From Escherichia phage vB_EcoM_JS09: a stretch of 64,000 bases of DNA. The notes beneath the pieces were generated by a model. It saw only the letters and a program-made list of their open reading frames with translations, made no database searches and was not told where the DNA came from. The DNA lies in the sequence record NC_024124.2. The stretch is one strand, 5' to 3'. Position 1 is the stretch's first letter, and every line of letters begins with the position of its first letter. A program made the translations under genes and the position numbers. This document shows positions 44,602-53,411 of this stretch, piece after piece.

Positions 44602-44825
44602 TGGCTAAATTGATTATAGAAGGGTCTGAAGATGTTTTAAAATGTTTTGCCGCCTGGTTTAGTTGCTCAGGCGAGCAATCATTCACTGAAGCATTTAGAA
44701 TGGGTGATATTACCGGAAACTATCCGACAACTGATATCACTGTACGTGGATATGGTATTAATGAGCCTATCCAATTGGTCGAATATGACCTTGCCACCGA
44801 TGAGGAAATTCCTTATGTCGATTGA
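44601..44825 (+). CDS. hypothetical protein
   Basis: 74 aa ORF, ATGA-coupled. Confidence 0.5.
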   Translation: MAKLIIEGSEDVLKCFAAWFSCSGEQSFTEAFRMGDITGNYPTTDITVRGYGINEPIQLVEYDLATDEEIPYVD

Positions 44826-45081
44826 AGATATTAAAGGTTACAAACCGCACACCGATGACAAAATCGGCAAAGTGAACGCTATTAAAGATGCCGAAGTCCG
44901 TCTTGGATTGATGTTTGATGCTCTGATTGAAGAAGCATATATCTTGAAAGAAAATGAAACAGAGCAACAAACCAAAGAAGATATGGATGCAGTGCAGGCT
45001 CTTAAGTACGCTAAGCAACATCTAAAAGAAGCCAGCATGTGGGCGTGTCGTGCAGTATTTCGACCTGAGGAAAAATACTAA
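44815..45081 (+). CDS. hypothetical protein
   Basis: Track ORF 44647..; start at MSIEDIKGYK... Confidence 0.5.
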   Translation: MSIEDIKGYKPHTDDKIGKVNAIKDAEVRLGLMFDALIEEAYILKENETEQQTKEDMDAVQALKYAKQHLKEASMWACRAVFRPEEKY

Positions 45082-45296
45082 TGGCTTCTACTATTACTGG
45101 GTTATTGGACTTTCAAGAAAAGGTCAACAAAATTTGTAGTGAATACTTAAAGTATCTTGAAGAAGACCTTGAAGATTGTAAGGAAGAAGGCGAAGAAGAC
45201 TATGCTGACCAGCGCCGACGCCAAATCGAAGAGATGAGGCATTTCGCCGATATGGTATCTAAAGAATCTTGGGCTTTAACTCCATTTTATCAATAA
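45081..45296 (+). CDS. hypothetical protein
   Basis: 71 aa, acidic. Confidence 0.5.
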   Translation: MASTITGLLDFQEKVNKICSEYLKYLEEDLEDCKEEGEEDYADQRRRQIEEMRHFADMVSKESWALTPFYQ

Positions 45297-45300
45297 AGTA

Positions 45301-45329
45301 GTTTACTTCTCCTCTAGTTGTGTTACTAT
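45301..45329 (+). promoter_or_regulatory. early promoter (GTTTAC / TACTAT) with 14-bp perfect inverted repeat TTCTCCTCTAGTTG / CAACTAGAGGAGAA
   Basis: The 3' arm (45339-45352) contains the SD of regB. Confidence 0.6.
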
Positions 45330-45357
45330 AGACCTTGTCAACTAGAGGAGAAACCAA

Positions 45358-45816
45358 ATGACTATCAATTCGGAAGTTTTTATCCGCCGTAATAAACTCC
45401 GTCGAATCTTTGAAACGGAGTTCCGCAAAATAAATGCCGGTATAAAAGATGCTGCAAAGTCTCTTGGACTACCAGGCTTTCATATCAAGTATTCTCAACA
45501 TCTCTTAGATCGTGCCATCCAGAGAGAAATAGATGAGAATTACGTTTTTGAATTATTTCATAAAGTAAAAAATCATGTTAAAGAAGTTGCAGAATTTTTA
45601 TCAATGCCGGCACGTCCAGATGTTGATGAAGATTTTGTCGAAGGTGTCGAATATCGCCCAGGCCGTTTAGAAATAACTGATGGAAATCTTTGGTTAGGAC
45701 TTACAGTTTGTCGCGAAAATCCAGCATTCAAAATGAAGACTCTTCAATGTAGAATGGCTATTATTAACAGTAAACGACTACCAGGAAAAGCTTCTAAAGC
45801 AGTGATTAAAATCTAG
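45358..45816 (+). CDS. regB: RegB site-specific endoribonuclease
   Basis: MTINSEVFIRRNKLRRIFETEFRKIN... near-identical to T4 RegB; 152 aa. Confidence 0.92.
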   Translation: MTINSEVFIRRNKLRRIFETEFRKINAGIKDAAKSLGLPGFHIKYSQHLLDRAIQREIDENYVFELFHKVKNHVKEVAEFLSMPARPDVDEDFVEGVEYRPGRLEITDGNLWLGLTVCRENPAFKMKTLQCRMAIINSKRLPGKASKAVIKI

Positions 45817-45824
45817 AGGTAAAC

Positions 45825-46367
45825 ATGAGAAAAGCACTACTCGCTGGTCTATTTGCTCTTTCGTTATCAGCACATAGCTCCGAGCATACTTTTAGTAATG
45901 TCCAACTCGATAACTTGAATTATGCTTATCAGTTTGGGGAACAGTTTTCTAAGGACGGAAAATTTAAAACGCATGAAAATATGCATAAGAAAGGACTTGG
46001 ATACATAATGGCCGCAATACTATGGCAGGAATCATCTGCTGGTATTAATCTTAAAGATAAGAAAGGTCACCATGCGTATGGAATGTTCCAAAACTATCTA
46101 CCAACAATGAGGGCAAGAATTAACCAGCTTGGTTATAATATGACTGATGCCCAAATTAAGAAAATGCTATCTAAGCGGTCTAATTCAACCAGATGGGCTT
46201 ATATCGAATTTTCTTATTGGTTAAATATACATAATGGGGATATAAGAAAAGCTATATCCTCATACAATGCGGGATGGAAGACAAGTGCTGGAAGTAAATA
46301 TGCTTCTGAAGTCCTAGAAAAGGCTAATTACCTTAAATCAAATAAACTACTGGAAATAAAAGAATGA
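45825..46367 (+). CDS. secreted lytic-transglycosylase-like protein
   Basis: Signal peptide MRKALLAGLFALSLSAHS; SLT-like motifs ILWQESS...GMFQ...SSYNAG. Confidence 0.6.
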   Translation: MRKALLAGLFALSLSAHSSEHTFSNVQLDNLNYAYQFGEQFSKDGKFKTHENMHKKGLGYIMAAILWQESSAGINLKDKKGHHAYGMFQNYLPTMRARINQLGYNMTDAQIKKMLSKRSNSTRWAYIEFSYWLNIHNGDIRKAISSYNAGWKTSAGSKYASEVLEKANYLKSNKLLEIKE

Positions 46368-46711
46368 CCAAAGTGTTGGCTTTAATAGTTGGCTTGGTTT
46401 CATTTAACGCTCTTGCTAATACTACATATACTGATGTAACGGAGTATACAAACAGAACGGCGTCTGATTATTGTGGTAAAAGTCAAGAGTGTAAAGTAGA
46501 TTTTTCACAAAAATTGTTATATGCGTATAAAGACGGAGAAAAAGATGGGGCGTCTAGTAGGTTCAAGGCGTCTACCTTAATTAAAAGATACTATAAAAAA
46601 TGGCAAATATTAGAATGCTCGGTGGCGGAACCTAAAGATAAGGCAGCATGCAATTCTATGGTGGACCGTCTAGTTGACTCTTATAATAGAGGACTTGCAG
46701 CAAGTGATTAA
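46364..46711 (+). CDS. small secreted protein
   Basis: 115 aa; N-terminal signal peptide; 4 Cys. Confidence 0.5.
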   Translation: MTKVLALIVGLVSFNALANTTYTDVTEYTNRTASDYCGKSQECKVDFSQKLLYAYKDGEKDGASSRFKASTLIKRYYKKWQILECSVAEPKDKAACNSMVDRLVDSYNRGLAASD

Positions 46712-47171
46712 AAACTATATCAAGGGCGATATTGTCGCCCTGTTTTCTAAAGGTAATAATATTGCTCATGGGTGTAATTGTTTTCATACAATGGGCGCCG
46801 GTGTAGCAGGCCAATTAGCAAAGGCTTATCCAAAAATTTTAGAAGCCGATAAACTTCAAACCGAATTCGGAGACAAGTCTAAACTCGGGACTTATTCGGT
46901 TTATGAAAAATATTTTAAGACCCATAAAGCTTATTGCTTTAATCTTTATACGCAGTTTGAGCCGGGACCTAATTTTGAGTACTATGCTTTAATGAATTGT
47001 ATAATAGAATTAAATGAATTCGGAAAGAATAAGATAACAAAGCCTGTAATTTATATGCCAAGAATTGGTGCAGGTATCGGTGGCGGAAACTGGGATGTCA
47101 TCGAAGAGATTTTAGACACATATTCCACTAAACTAGAAATTGTGATTGTTGATTGGGAACCATTATTATGA
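46704..47171 (+). CDS. macrodomain protein (TARG1/DarG-like ADP-ribose hydrolase fold)
   Basis: Motifs YIKGDIVALF, HGCNCFHTMGAGVAGQLAKAYP, MPRIGAGIGGGNW align by eye with TARG1/DarG macrodomain signatures; start uncertain (track TTG 46674; GTG 46704 has SD gagga). Confidence 0.7.
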   Translation: MIKNYIKGDIVALFSKGNNIAHGCNCFHTMGAGVAGQLAKAYPKILEADKLQTEFGDKSKLGTYSVYEKYFKTHKAYCFNLYTQFEPGPNFEYYALMNCIIELNEFGKNKITKPVIYMPRIGAGIGGGNWDVIEEILDTYSTKLEIVIVDWEPLL

Positions 47172-47380
47172 ATATACATTATCCACATCCATATGACCCA
47201 AAGAATAAGGCAGTAATTATTCGTCAATGGGAACGCATTTGTCGTACCAAATGTCCAATTAATAGTCCACACGATGTAGATAAAGACTACATCGGAACAT
47301 TCGTTGAATATACCTTTATTGATAAGAAAGGCCGTAAACAACATGTAGAAGAATATTGCTTAAAGGTGACATGGTTATGA
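47168..47380 (+). CDS. hypothetical protein
   Basis: Track ORF 47153..; start at MNIHYPHPYDPK... Confidence 0.5.
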   Translation: MNIHYPHPYDPKNKAVIIRQWERICRTKCPINSPHDVDKDYIGTFVEYTFIDKKGRKQHVEEYCLKVTWL

Positions 47381-47583
47381 GTCAAACAAAAATTCTTACA
47401 GGTGCTAAATGCGAAAAATGCGAATGGCCTGTAGTTTTTGCTTTATGCAATGACGAAATGGCTTGTGATTTTGATTATTGGTGTTACTGTTCGAACAAAG
47501 GTTGTAGCAATCATAAAGGTGAAGGGTTTTACTCAGGATTTTACCCTTACCCGGATTTTGTTAAAGAAGGTGAACCTAAATGA
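47377..47583 (+). CDS. hypothetical Cys-rich protein
   Basis: CxxC...C...CxC pattern; start ambiguous (47371 or 47377). Confidence 0.45.
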   Translation: MSQTKILTGAKCEKCEWPVVFALCNDEMACDFDYWCYCSNKGCSNHKGEGFYSGFYPYPDFVKEGEPK

Positions 47584-47762
47584 AATTAACTAAAGAAGAG
47601 AAAGCTAAACTGTTCGAACTTATCCATGACCTATTGGATGAGCAAGCAGCCACCAATGCGTACGATGAATATGCTCCTTTGACGGATGAAGAATATCAAA
47701 CATTGTTGGAATCATTTGACAGGAAAGAACAAGAACTCATTGACTACGTGAATTCACTATAA
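47580..47762 (+). CDS. hypothetical protein
   Basis: 60 aa acidic ORF, ATGA-coupled. Confidence 0.45.
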   Translation: MKLTKEEKAKLFELIHDLLDEQAATNAYDEYAPLTDEEYQTLLESFDRKEQELIDYVNSL

Positions 47763-47771
47763 GGGACTCTT

Positions 47772-48353
47772 ATGGCTAGTTTAATTTTTACATATGCCGC
47801 TATGAACGCTGGTAAGTCTGCTTCATTACTTACTGCCGCACATAACTATAAAGAACGTGGCATGGGTGTATTAGTTCTTAAACCGGCTATTGATACTCGC
47901 GATTCAAAAGGTGAAATAGTCTCTCGTATTGGTATTCGTCAGGACGCCAATATAATTACAAAAGACATGGATATCTTTGAATTCTATAAATGGGCTGCAG
48001 CACAAAAGGATATTCATTGTGTATTTGTTGACGAAGCTCAATTCTTAACTACTGAAAAGGTGTATCAACTTAGTCGTATTGTTGACGTATACAATGTGCC
48101 GGTAATGGCATATGGACTACGAACAGATTTTAAAGGTAATCTATTTGAAGGTTCTCAAGCATTAATGGCTATTGCCGATAAGCTTGTTGAACTTAAAGGT
48201 GTCTGTCATTGTGGTAAAAAGGCCACAATGGTAGCTAGAGTCACGGAAGACGGACTTCCAATTACAGATGGCAGTCAAATTGAAATTGGTGATACCGATA
48301 GATATGTGTCATTATGCCGGAAGCATTGGAATGATTTGACAGGGTTGTTATAA
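47772..48353 (+). CDS. tk: thymidine kinase
   Basis: 193 aa; P-loop AMNAGKSASLL; C-terminal zinc motif CHCGKKA...CRKHW; matches T4 Tk. Confidence 0.95.
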   Translation: MASLIFTYAAMNAGKSASLLTAAHNYKERGMGVLVLKPAIDTRDSKGEIVSRIGIRQDANIITKDMDIFEFYKWAAAQKDIHCVFVDEAQFLTTEKVYQLSRIVDVYNVPVMAYGLRTDFKGNLFEGSQALMAIADKLVELKGVCHCGKKATMVARVTEDGLPITDGSQIEIGDTDRYVSLCRKHWNDLTGLL

Positions 48354-48380
48354 ATACTAATATCTAACCAAGAGGTATAT

Positions 48381-48593
48381 ATGCAGCAATTAAACGAAAG
48401 ACAACTTCGTAATCTTACTGTAACCCAATTGGATGAAATCCGAAGAGAATTAGGACATTCTATTTCTCATTTAAACGAGGATATCCGTCAAACTGGTTCT
48501 AAAGCTGATTATACACGCAAGCGCAAGCTGGAAAAATACCTCACAGATGTTAAGGCCGTCCAAAGGCGAAAAATAAATACTGGCCAAAATTAA
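48381..48593 (+). CDS. hypothetical protein
   Basis: 70 aa ORF after tk. Confidence 0.5.
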   Translation: MQQLNERQLRNLTVTQLDEIRRELGHSISHLNEDIRQTGSKADYTRKRKLEKYLTDVKAVQRRKINTGQN

Positions 48594-48605
48594 CAGGAGG
48601 CCTAT

Positions 48606-48908
48606 ATGGCCTTAAGAGCGATAGCTGTCATGGCGATGCTGGGGTTTTTTGCAGCAACAACTCCTATCGTTGGTACTGCATATATCGACCCATATTTTGA
48701 TAACTTTATGGAATCAGGGATTAAAAACGTATATACTTTGTTTGAAATTCAAAATGTCGAGAATTCTGAAAAATTCTATAAGTATATGGCAAAGCATTAC
48801 AAAAATAGCCCCTGTGATGATGCATTTGAATGTCATGAACAAGGCATAAAAACTGCCAGACAATTTGCCGAGTTCATGAAAATAAAATTAGAGCCTACAT
48901 CTATCTAA
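48606..48908 (+). CDS. rI: lysis inhibition regulator RI (membrane-anchored, periplasmic)
   Basis: MALRAIAVMAMLGFFAATTP...DPYFDNFMESGIKNVYTLFE... resembles T4 RI; N-terminal signal-anchor; about 100 aa. Confidence 0.75.
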   Translation: MALRAIAVMAMLGFFAATTPIVGTAYIDPYFDNFMESGIKNVYTLFEIQNVENSEKFYKYMAKHYKNSPCDDAFECHEQGIKTARQFAEFMKIKLEPTSI

Positions 48909-48914
48909 TTTACT

Positions 48915-48944
48915 AGCCCCTTCCTTACGGTTGGGGCTTTTTTG
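48915..48944 (+). terminator. rho-independent terminator
   Basis: agcccc-ttccttacggtt-ggggct followed by ttttt; near-duplicate of the terminator at 32745. Confidence 0.7.
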
Positions 48945-48952
48945 CATTTAGC

Positions 48953-48982
48953 AGTTTACTTCTCCTCAGGTTGTGTTATAGT
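48953..48982 (+). promoter_or_regulatory. early promoter (GTTTAC / TATAGT) with SD-complementary arm
   Basis: cttctcctc upstream pairs with gaggagaa SD of the 49010 CDS. Confidence 0.55.
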
Positions 48983-49009
48983 AGTCCTTACTTACTAGAG
49001 GAGAACGTT

Positions 49010-49189
49010 ATGTCACGTAAAGAAAAAATTTCTAAGTTAATGTTTTTGATTGAAGAGTACGCTAATGCTGTATCTGATTGGGAAAATGCTCATGGTTGCG
49101 AAGATGGAGACATCGACATTAACAGAGCTATGAAAAAGATGACCGATGCCCACACCGAATTGCAAATGTATGTTAACGAGATTATGTGA
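49010..49189 (+). CDS. hypothetical protein
   Basis: Track ORF 48971..; start at MSRKEKISKL... Confidence 0.5.
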   Translation: MSRKEKISKLMFLIEEYANAVSDWENAHGCEDGDIDINRAMKKMTDAHTELQMYVNEIM

Positions 49190-49196
49190 GGATATT

Positions 49197-49361
49197 ATGC
49201 TTTACGATTATACTGGAAAATCTGAAGACGGTGTACTTGAACTTTTACCTGAAAGCGCTGAAGATGATATGGTAGTGATGTTTTGTGTTGGTTGTCAATC
49301 AATGCGTGATGAAATTTTTAAACGTGAACCAAGAAACTGTTGGCACAGGAGCATGAGATGA
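49197..49361 (+). CDS. hypothetical protein, MLYD family (paralogue 1)
   Basis: MLYDYTGKSEDGVLELLPE...; Cys pairs. Confidence 0.5.
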   Translation: MLYDYTGKSEDGVLELLPESAEDDMVVMFCVGCQSMRDEIFKREPRNCWHRSMR

Positions 49362-49453
49362 TTTATTATCTTGAACCTTGGGCTTGGTTAACAATGGCTG
49401 TAGGACCTGTTTTAATTGGTTTATTCTTTTCATGGTTAGCGAGGAAACTGTAA
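49358..49453 (+). CDS. tiny hydrophobic peptide (31 aa) translationally coupled on both sides
   Basis: MIYYLEPWAWLTMAVGPVLIGLFFSWLARKL; ATGA overlap with upstream stop and TAATG overlap with downstream start. Confidence 0.3.
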   Translation: MIYYLEPWAWLTMAVGPVLIGLFFSWLARKL

Positions 49454-49668
49454 TGTTATATGACCCAAGCGGCAATTTTGAAAATGGTGTGATTGTTCTG
49501 GAGCCTGAGCATCCAGTTGGTGACGTATACCGCCCAGTTGAAGTATGCGAATGTAATTTTGTTAAAGGTAATACTGGCGGAATTTCCATTGAGCAAGACG
49601 ATGATGTTATTTACCTGGATGCAAGCCAAGTAGAAGCTCTTTATAGCATTTTAAAACACAATCGGTAG
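49453..49668 (+). CDS. hypothetical protein, MLYD family (paralogue 2)
   Basis: MLYDPSGNFENGVIVLEPE... Confidence 0.5.
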   Translation: MLYDPSGNFENGVIVLEPEHPVGDVYRPVEVCECNFVKGNTGGISIEQDDDVIYLDASQVEALYSILKHNR

Positions 49669-49697
49669 TTTACAACTTGGTAGGACTATGTTATAGT
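49668..49697 (+). promoter_or_regulatory. early promoter cassette with perfect palindrome GGTAGGACTA...TAGTCCTACC
   Basis: GTTTAC, 18-nt spacer, TATAGT. Confidence 0.55.
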
Positions 49698-49725
49698 AGT
49701 CCTACCAAAACAAATGGAGAACAAA

Positions 49726-49836
49726 ATGAAACTTTTGCTTATCGTTTATGTTATAGTACAATACAATTATCCAATGTTTACTTATAACATGGTAAATGGC
49801 ATAGTGAATCTTATTGAAACGAGTATGGTAAAATGA
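49726..49836 (+). CDS. small hydrophobic peptide (36 aa)
   Basis: MKLLLIVYVIVQYNYPMFTYNMVNGIVNLIETSMVK; follows conserved leader. Confidence 0.3.
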   Translation: MKLLLIVYVIVQYNYPMFTYNMVNGIVNLIETSMVK

Positions 49837-50012
49837 CACGTGAACAAGCTAATAAATTGATGGACCTTATCCATGACTTACGTGAAGCCGATTCAGATTT
49901 GAATAATGTAGCTTATCATGCGGTAAATGATAACGGAGACTTTTATGAAAATCAGGTTGACGCTTGCCAGAATGCTTTGGTGAATTTTGTTGAAACTTTA
50001 ATTGGTGAATAA
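49833..50012 (+). CDS. small hypothetical protein (59 aa)
   Basis: MTREQANKLMDLIHDLREADSDLNNVAYHAV...; ATGA-coupled. Confidence 0.4.
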   Translation: MTREQANKLMDLIHDLREADSDLNNVAYHAVNDNGDFYENQVDACQNALVNFVETLIGE

Positions 50013-50013
50013 T

Positions 50014-50544
50014 ATGAAAACCGTAATTGAAACAACCGAGTTGTTTGGTGATTTATGTATCGAAAAACGTGGGTATGTGTATGTTCTGACACAAGAAGAT
50101 GATGCTGCTACTATTCTTCCTATGGAACTGGACAAGATTTTGAAACTCAATCCACCAGGCCATGCATCTGTAATTAACATTGATGAAGACCTTCAAGTTC
50201 GTTTTTATCACGGACTTTATAGTGGGGTTAATATCGAAACTGAAGACGAATGTTTTTCTATTAATAATTGGAAAACATTCGTCACTAAAGTGAAAGAATT
50301 CATGGAATCTGAAACAGCCAAAAAGGCCAAACTTCAATGGGCTAAATGTCGTAATGCTTTTATTACAAATCAGGACCGCCCTGACTATACAACAGTCCTA
50401 GGCGTTAATCCTTCTTATGAAGATGGTGATGTCGTAGTTATTCGTCAAATTGACGACCTTCGTCAACATATCGTTACATTAGACAAAGATGAAGCAGTTG
50501 CTCTTAAAGCTTATCTTGATTCTATTATCCCGACTTTGAAATAA
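50014..50544 (+). CDS. hypothetical protein
   Basis: Track ORF 50002..; start at MKTVIETTELFGD... Confidence 0.55.
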   Translation: MKTVIETTELFGDLCIEKRGYVYVLTQEDDAATILPMELDKILKLNPPGHASVINIDEDLQVRFYHGLYSGVNIETEDECFSINNWKTFVTKVKEFMESETAKKAKLQWAKCRNAFITNQDRPDYTTVLGVNPSYEDGDVVVIRQIDDLRQHIVTLDKDEAVALKAYLDSIIPTLK

Positions 50545-50553
50545 GGAATTATT

Positions 50554-51027
50554 ATGATTATCAATGAAAACTCTTGGCACTTTAAAATTTATGCCATGTT
50601 CAATAGTACATGGAATCGTCCGAAAACGTTGTGTGCTTATTTTTGGAAAACGTTTATTCCGGTATTAGCTGTTTCAATTGTTGGATTTGCAACTTTAGCA
50701 GGTGCCGCAATCATTGGCCAAGAAATTTTAACTAAGTTCTTTGTCTTTAGTAGTTTATGGACATTAGTTCCTGCTTCAATTGGTATAGGCATTTTAACAA
50801 TATCAGTAATGGTTCTTATTGCTGTCGGGTTGGTAATTGGTCCGTCTTGGTTGTTAGACAAATATAACGACAGAAAATATTATAAAGAAATTGAGCTCAT
50901 TGCGCAAAACCAAGAACGAATTAAAAATGGACTTGAGCCTATTGAACGTAAGAAATCATTAATAGGCGAATACCTTAAAGCTCGTAAAGAAAAAGTCTGT
51001 CCTACTCTTGAATATAAGGCTAAATGA
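50554..51027 (+). CDS. membrane protein
   Basis: 157 aa; two or three hydrophobic helices then basic C-terminal tail. Confidence 0.55.
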   Translation: MIINENSWHFKIYAMFNSTWNRPKTLCAYFWKTFIPVLAVSIVGFATLAGAAIIGQEILTKFFVFSSLWTLVPASIGIGILTISVMVLIAVGLVIGPSWLLDKYNDRKYYKEIELIAQNQERIKNGLEPIERKKSLIGEYLKARKEKVCPTLEYKAK

Positions 51028-52013
51028 TGAAAACGATTGTTAAGGCTTACTTTGGTAGCCACCTTTATGGAACGTCTACTCCTGAATCTGACGTCGATTT
51101 TAAAGAAATTTATGTCCCTCATGCTCGTGATATCTTGACCGGTAACGTTAAAGAACATATGAGCAAGAACACGAATAACACATCTTCTAAGAACACAAAA
51201 GACGACGTGGACCATGAGTTGTATAGTCTCAAATATTTCTTTAAACTAGCTGCGGATGGTGAAACCGTCGCATTAGACATGCTTCACACTCCACAAAGTC
51301 TAGTAGTTAAATCTGATTTGCCTGATGTATGGAAGTATATTCAAGATAACAGGTCTCGTTTCTATACCACTAACATGAAATCTTATTTAGGGTATGTCCG
51401 TAAGCAAGCTTCCAAATACGGTGTCAAGGGTTCTCGACTGGCTGTTCTTCGACAAGCCCTTAAACGTTCTAATGAATGGGGACAATACTTTGATAATGGT
51501 GCAGTAATTCGTTTATCACATATGAAGAATGTTCTGCCTGTAGGTGAATTTGCTTCGTGGGTTGAAACCGAAAACGAGAAAACAGGTAAGCAAACATTCT
51601 ATAATCTGTTAGACCGTAAATTCCAAGATACGTTAACCAATAAAGAGTTCAATGCCATCCTGGTTAAACTGGAAGAGAACTATGGTGAACGTGCTCGTAA
51701 GGCAGAAGCTAACGAAGGTATTGACTGGAAAGCATTGAGTCATGCATGCCGTGGTGGACTTCAATTATTGGAAATTTACAAAACCGGTGACTTGGTTTAC
51801 CCACTTCAGGATGCTCCATTTATTCTCGATGTTAAGCTTGGTAAACATACGTTTAAAACTGTACAAGAATTCCTGGAAGACATTGTTGACCAGGTAGAAC
51901 AAGCATCAGAACAAGCCGCTAAGAACGGTATGCAACAAAAAGTAGATATGAGTTTCTGGGATGATTTCCTTGAGCAAGTCTATCTCGAAAATCATAATTC
52001 TTACTATAAATAA
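51024..52013 (+). CDS. nucleotidyltransferase-fold protein (Pol-beta-like superfamily)
   Basis: 329 aa; N-terminal FGSHLYGTSTPESDVDF fits the G-S-x(9-13)-D-h-D NTase signature, with a downstream acidic residue in VALDMLH. Confidence 0.65.
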   Translation: MMKTIVKAYFGSHLYGTSTPESDVDFKEIYVPHARDILTGNVKEHMSKNTNNTSSKNTKDDVDHELYSLKYFFKLAADGETVALDMLHTPQSLVVKSDLPDVWKYIQDNRSRFYTTNMKSYLGYVRKQASKYGVKGSRLAVLRQALKRSNEWGQYFDNGAVIRLSHMKNVLPVGEFASWVETENEKTGKQTFYNLLDRKFQDTLTNKEFNAILVKLEENYGERARKAEANEGIDWKALSHACRGGLQLLEIYKTGDLVYPLQDAPFILDVKLGKHTFKTVQEFLEDIVDQVEQASEQAAKNGMQQKVDMSFWDDFLEQVYLENHNSYYK

Positions 52014-52363
52014 GTAGATAAATAACTCTTAACTTGAGGTAAATATGAAAAAATTAGTAATTGGTTTATTCGCAGTAATGATGGCATTCTCTGTTGGTGC
52101 TACCACAGGTACAGGAGCCGGTGGTAACCAGTCTTCTGGGCCTTCCAACGGTTCGGTAAATGCATCACATTCTCAGGGTATTGAGAATATCAAATCAAGC
52201 TATATTAATAGCACGGCCGGACAAGCAACTGAAGCATGGTCAAAGGGACGAGTAGTTACTCGCTCCGTATTCTGTGATATGCCTAATTATGTTGCTAAGT
52301 GCGATAAGTAAATGCGGGGACCTTCGGGTCCCTTTAGGGGGTTAAAATATTTTTAAAAAAGTA

Positions 52364-52393
52364 GTGTACATGCTTTTAGGATATGTTATTATA
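52364..52393 (+). promoter_or_regulatory. early promoter cassette (GTGTAC / TATTAT) with conserved leader
   Basis: Followed by cgaaacgaaatgagtaaattggagaataaaATG. Confidence 0.5.
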
Positions 52394-52430
52394 GACCTAT
52401 CGAAACGAAATGAGTAAATTGGAGAATAAA

Positions 52431-53411
52431 ATGTTCAACGTTCAAATCAAAAAAGGTATCTATCGTAATAACGAAATCTCTGGTTCTTATGTTGCCACAA
52501 AGACCTGGTTCCCGGCAAAGCTTAATCCTGAATGTTCCCACTTAGGTGATGGTAAAATTTTCGTTATGATTGATGGTTCTGAACGTGGAGTATGGGTCTT
52601 CAAATCAGACATCGTAATGGAAGGAGTTGAGACGTCACCAGTTGCAGTTGTTGAAAGCACTGAAGATATGAAAACTCGTATCAACAAACGCTTTAAAGTA
52701 ATGAACATGATGACGAATGGCATTATCGATGGCAAAATTCGTTCACTCATTATTTCAGGTGCAGCTGGTATTGGTAAGACGTATTCTCTGGATAAAGCAC
52801 TTAATAATGCTAATGATAATGGTTTCATCAAATACAAAAGCATTAATGGTAAAATCTCCGGTATTGGCCTTTACGAACAACTTTGGCTCAACCGTGATGC
52901 AGACAGCGTTCTCTTAATCGACGACGTTGACGTATTCTCAGATATGGACATCTTGAACCTTCTTAAAGCAGCATTAGATACTGGAGATAAACGCAAAGTT
53001 TGCTGGAGCACTGCGTCATCTTATCTCGATGATAAGGGTATTGATAAAGAATTTGAGTTTGAAGGTACTATCGTTTTCATTACAAACGTTGATATCGATA
53101 AAGAGTTAGAACGCGGTTCGAAACTTGCCCCACACCTTCAAGCTTTAGTATCTCGTTCAGTGTATCTCGACCTCGGAGTACACTCTAATGAAGAGATTAT
53201 GGTTCGAGTTGAAGATGTAATATTATCTACTGACATGATGCAGAAACGTGGTCTGACTGATGCAGAAACGTATAAAGCATTGTCCTGGATGAAGGCTAAC
53301 GTATCTCGTCTTCGCAATGTATCATTACGTACGGCTCTTTATGTAGCAGATTTTATTTCAACTGATAAAGATGGTTGGGAGGAAATCTCTGAAGTAACTT
53401 TACTGAAATAA
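52431..53411 (+). CDS. AAA+ family ATPase
   Basis: Walker A ISGAAGIGKTY, Walker B VLLIDDVDVF, sensor-1-like FITNVD; about 110-aa N-terminal domain precedes the ATPase core. Confidence 0.7.
   Translation: MFNVQIKKGIYRNNEISGSYVATKTWFPAKLNPECSHLGDGKIFVMIDGSERGVWVFKSDIVMEGVETSPVAVVESTEDMKTRINKRFKVMNMMTNGIIDGKIRSLIISGAAGIGKTYSLDKALNNANDNGFIKYKSINGKISGIGLYEQLWLNRDADSVLLIDDVDVFSDMDILNLLKAALDTGDKRKVCWSTASSYLDDKGIDKEFEFEGTIVFITNVDIDKELERGSKLAPHLQALVSRSVYLDLGVHSNEEIMVRVEDVILSTDMMQKRGLTDAETYKALSWMKANVSRLRNVSLRTALYVADFISTDKDGWEEISEVTLLK

Noticed and set aside
52487-52843. Minus-strand 118-aa ORF inside the AAA+ ATPase gene
   Set aside because: Antisense to a gene with clear Walker A/B motifs.
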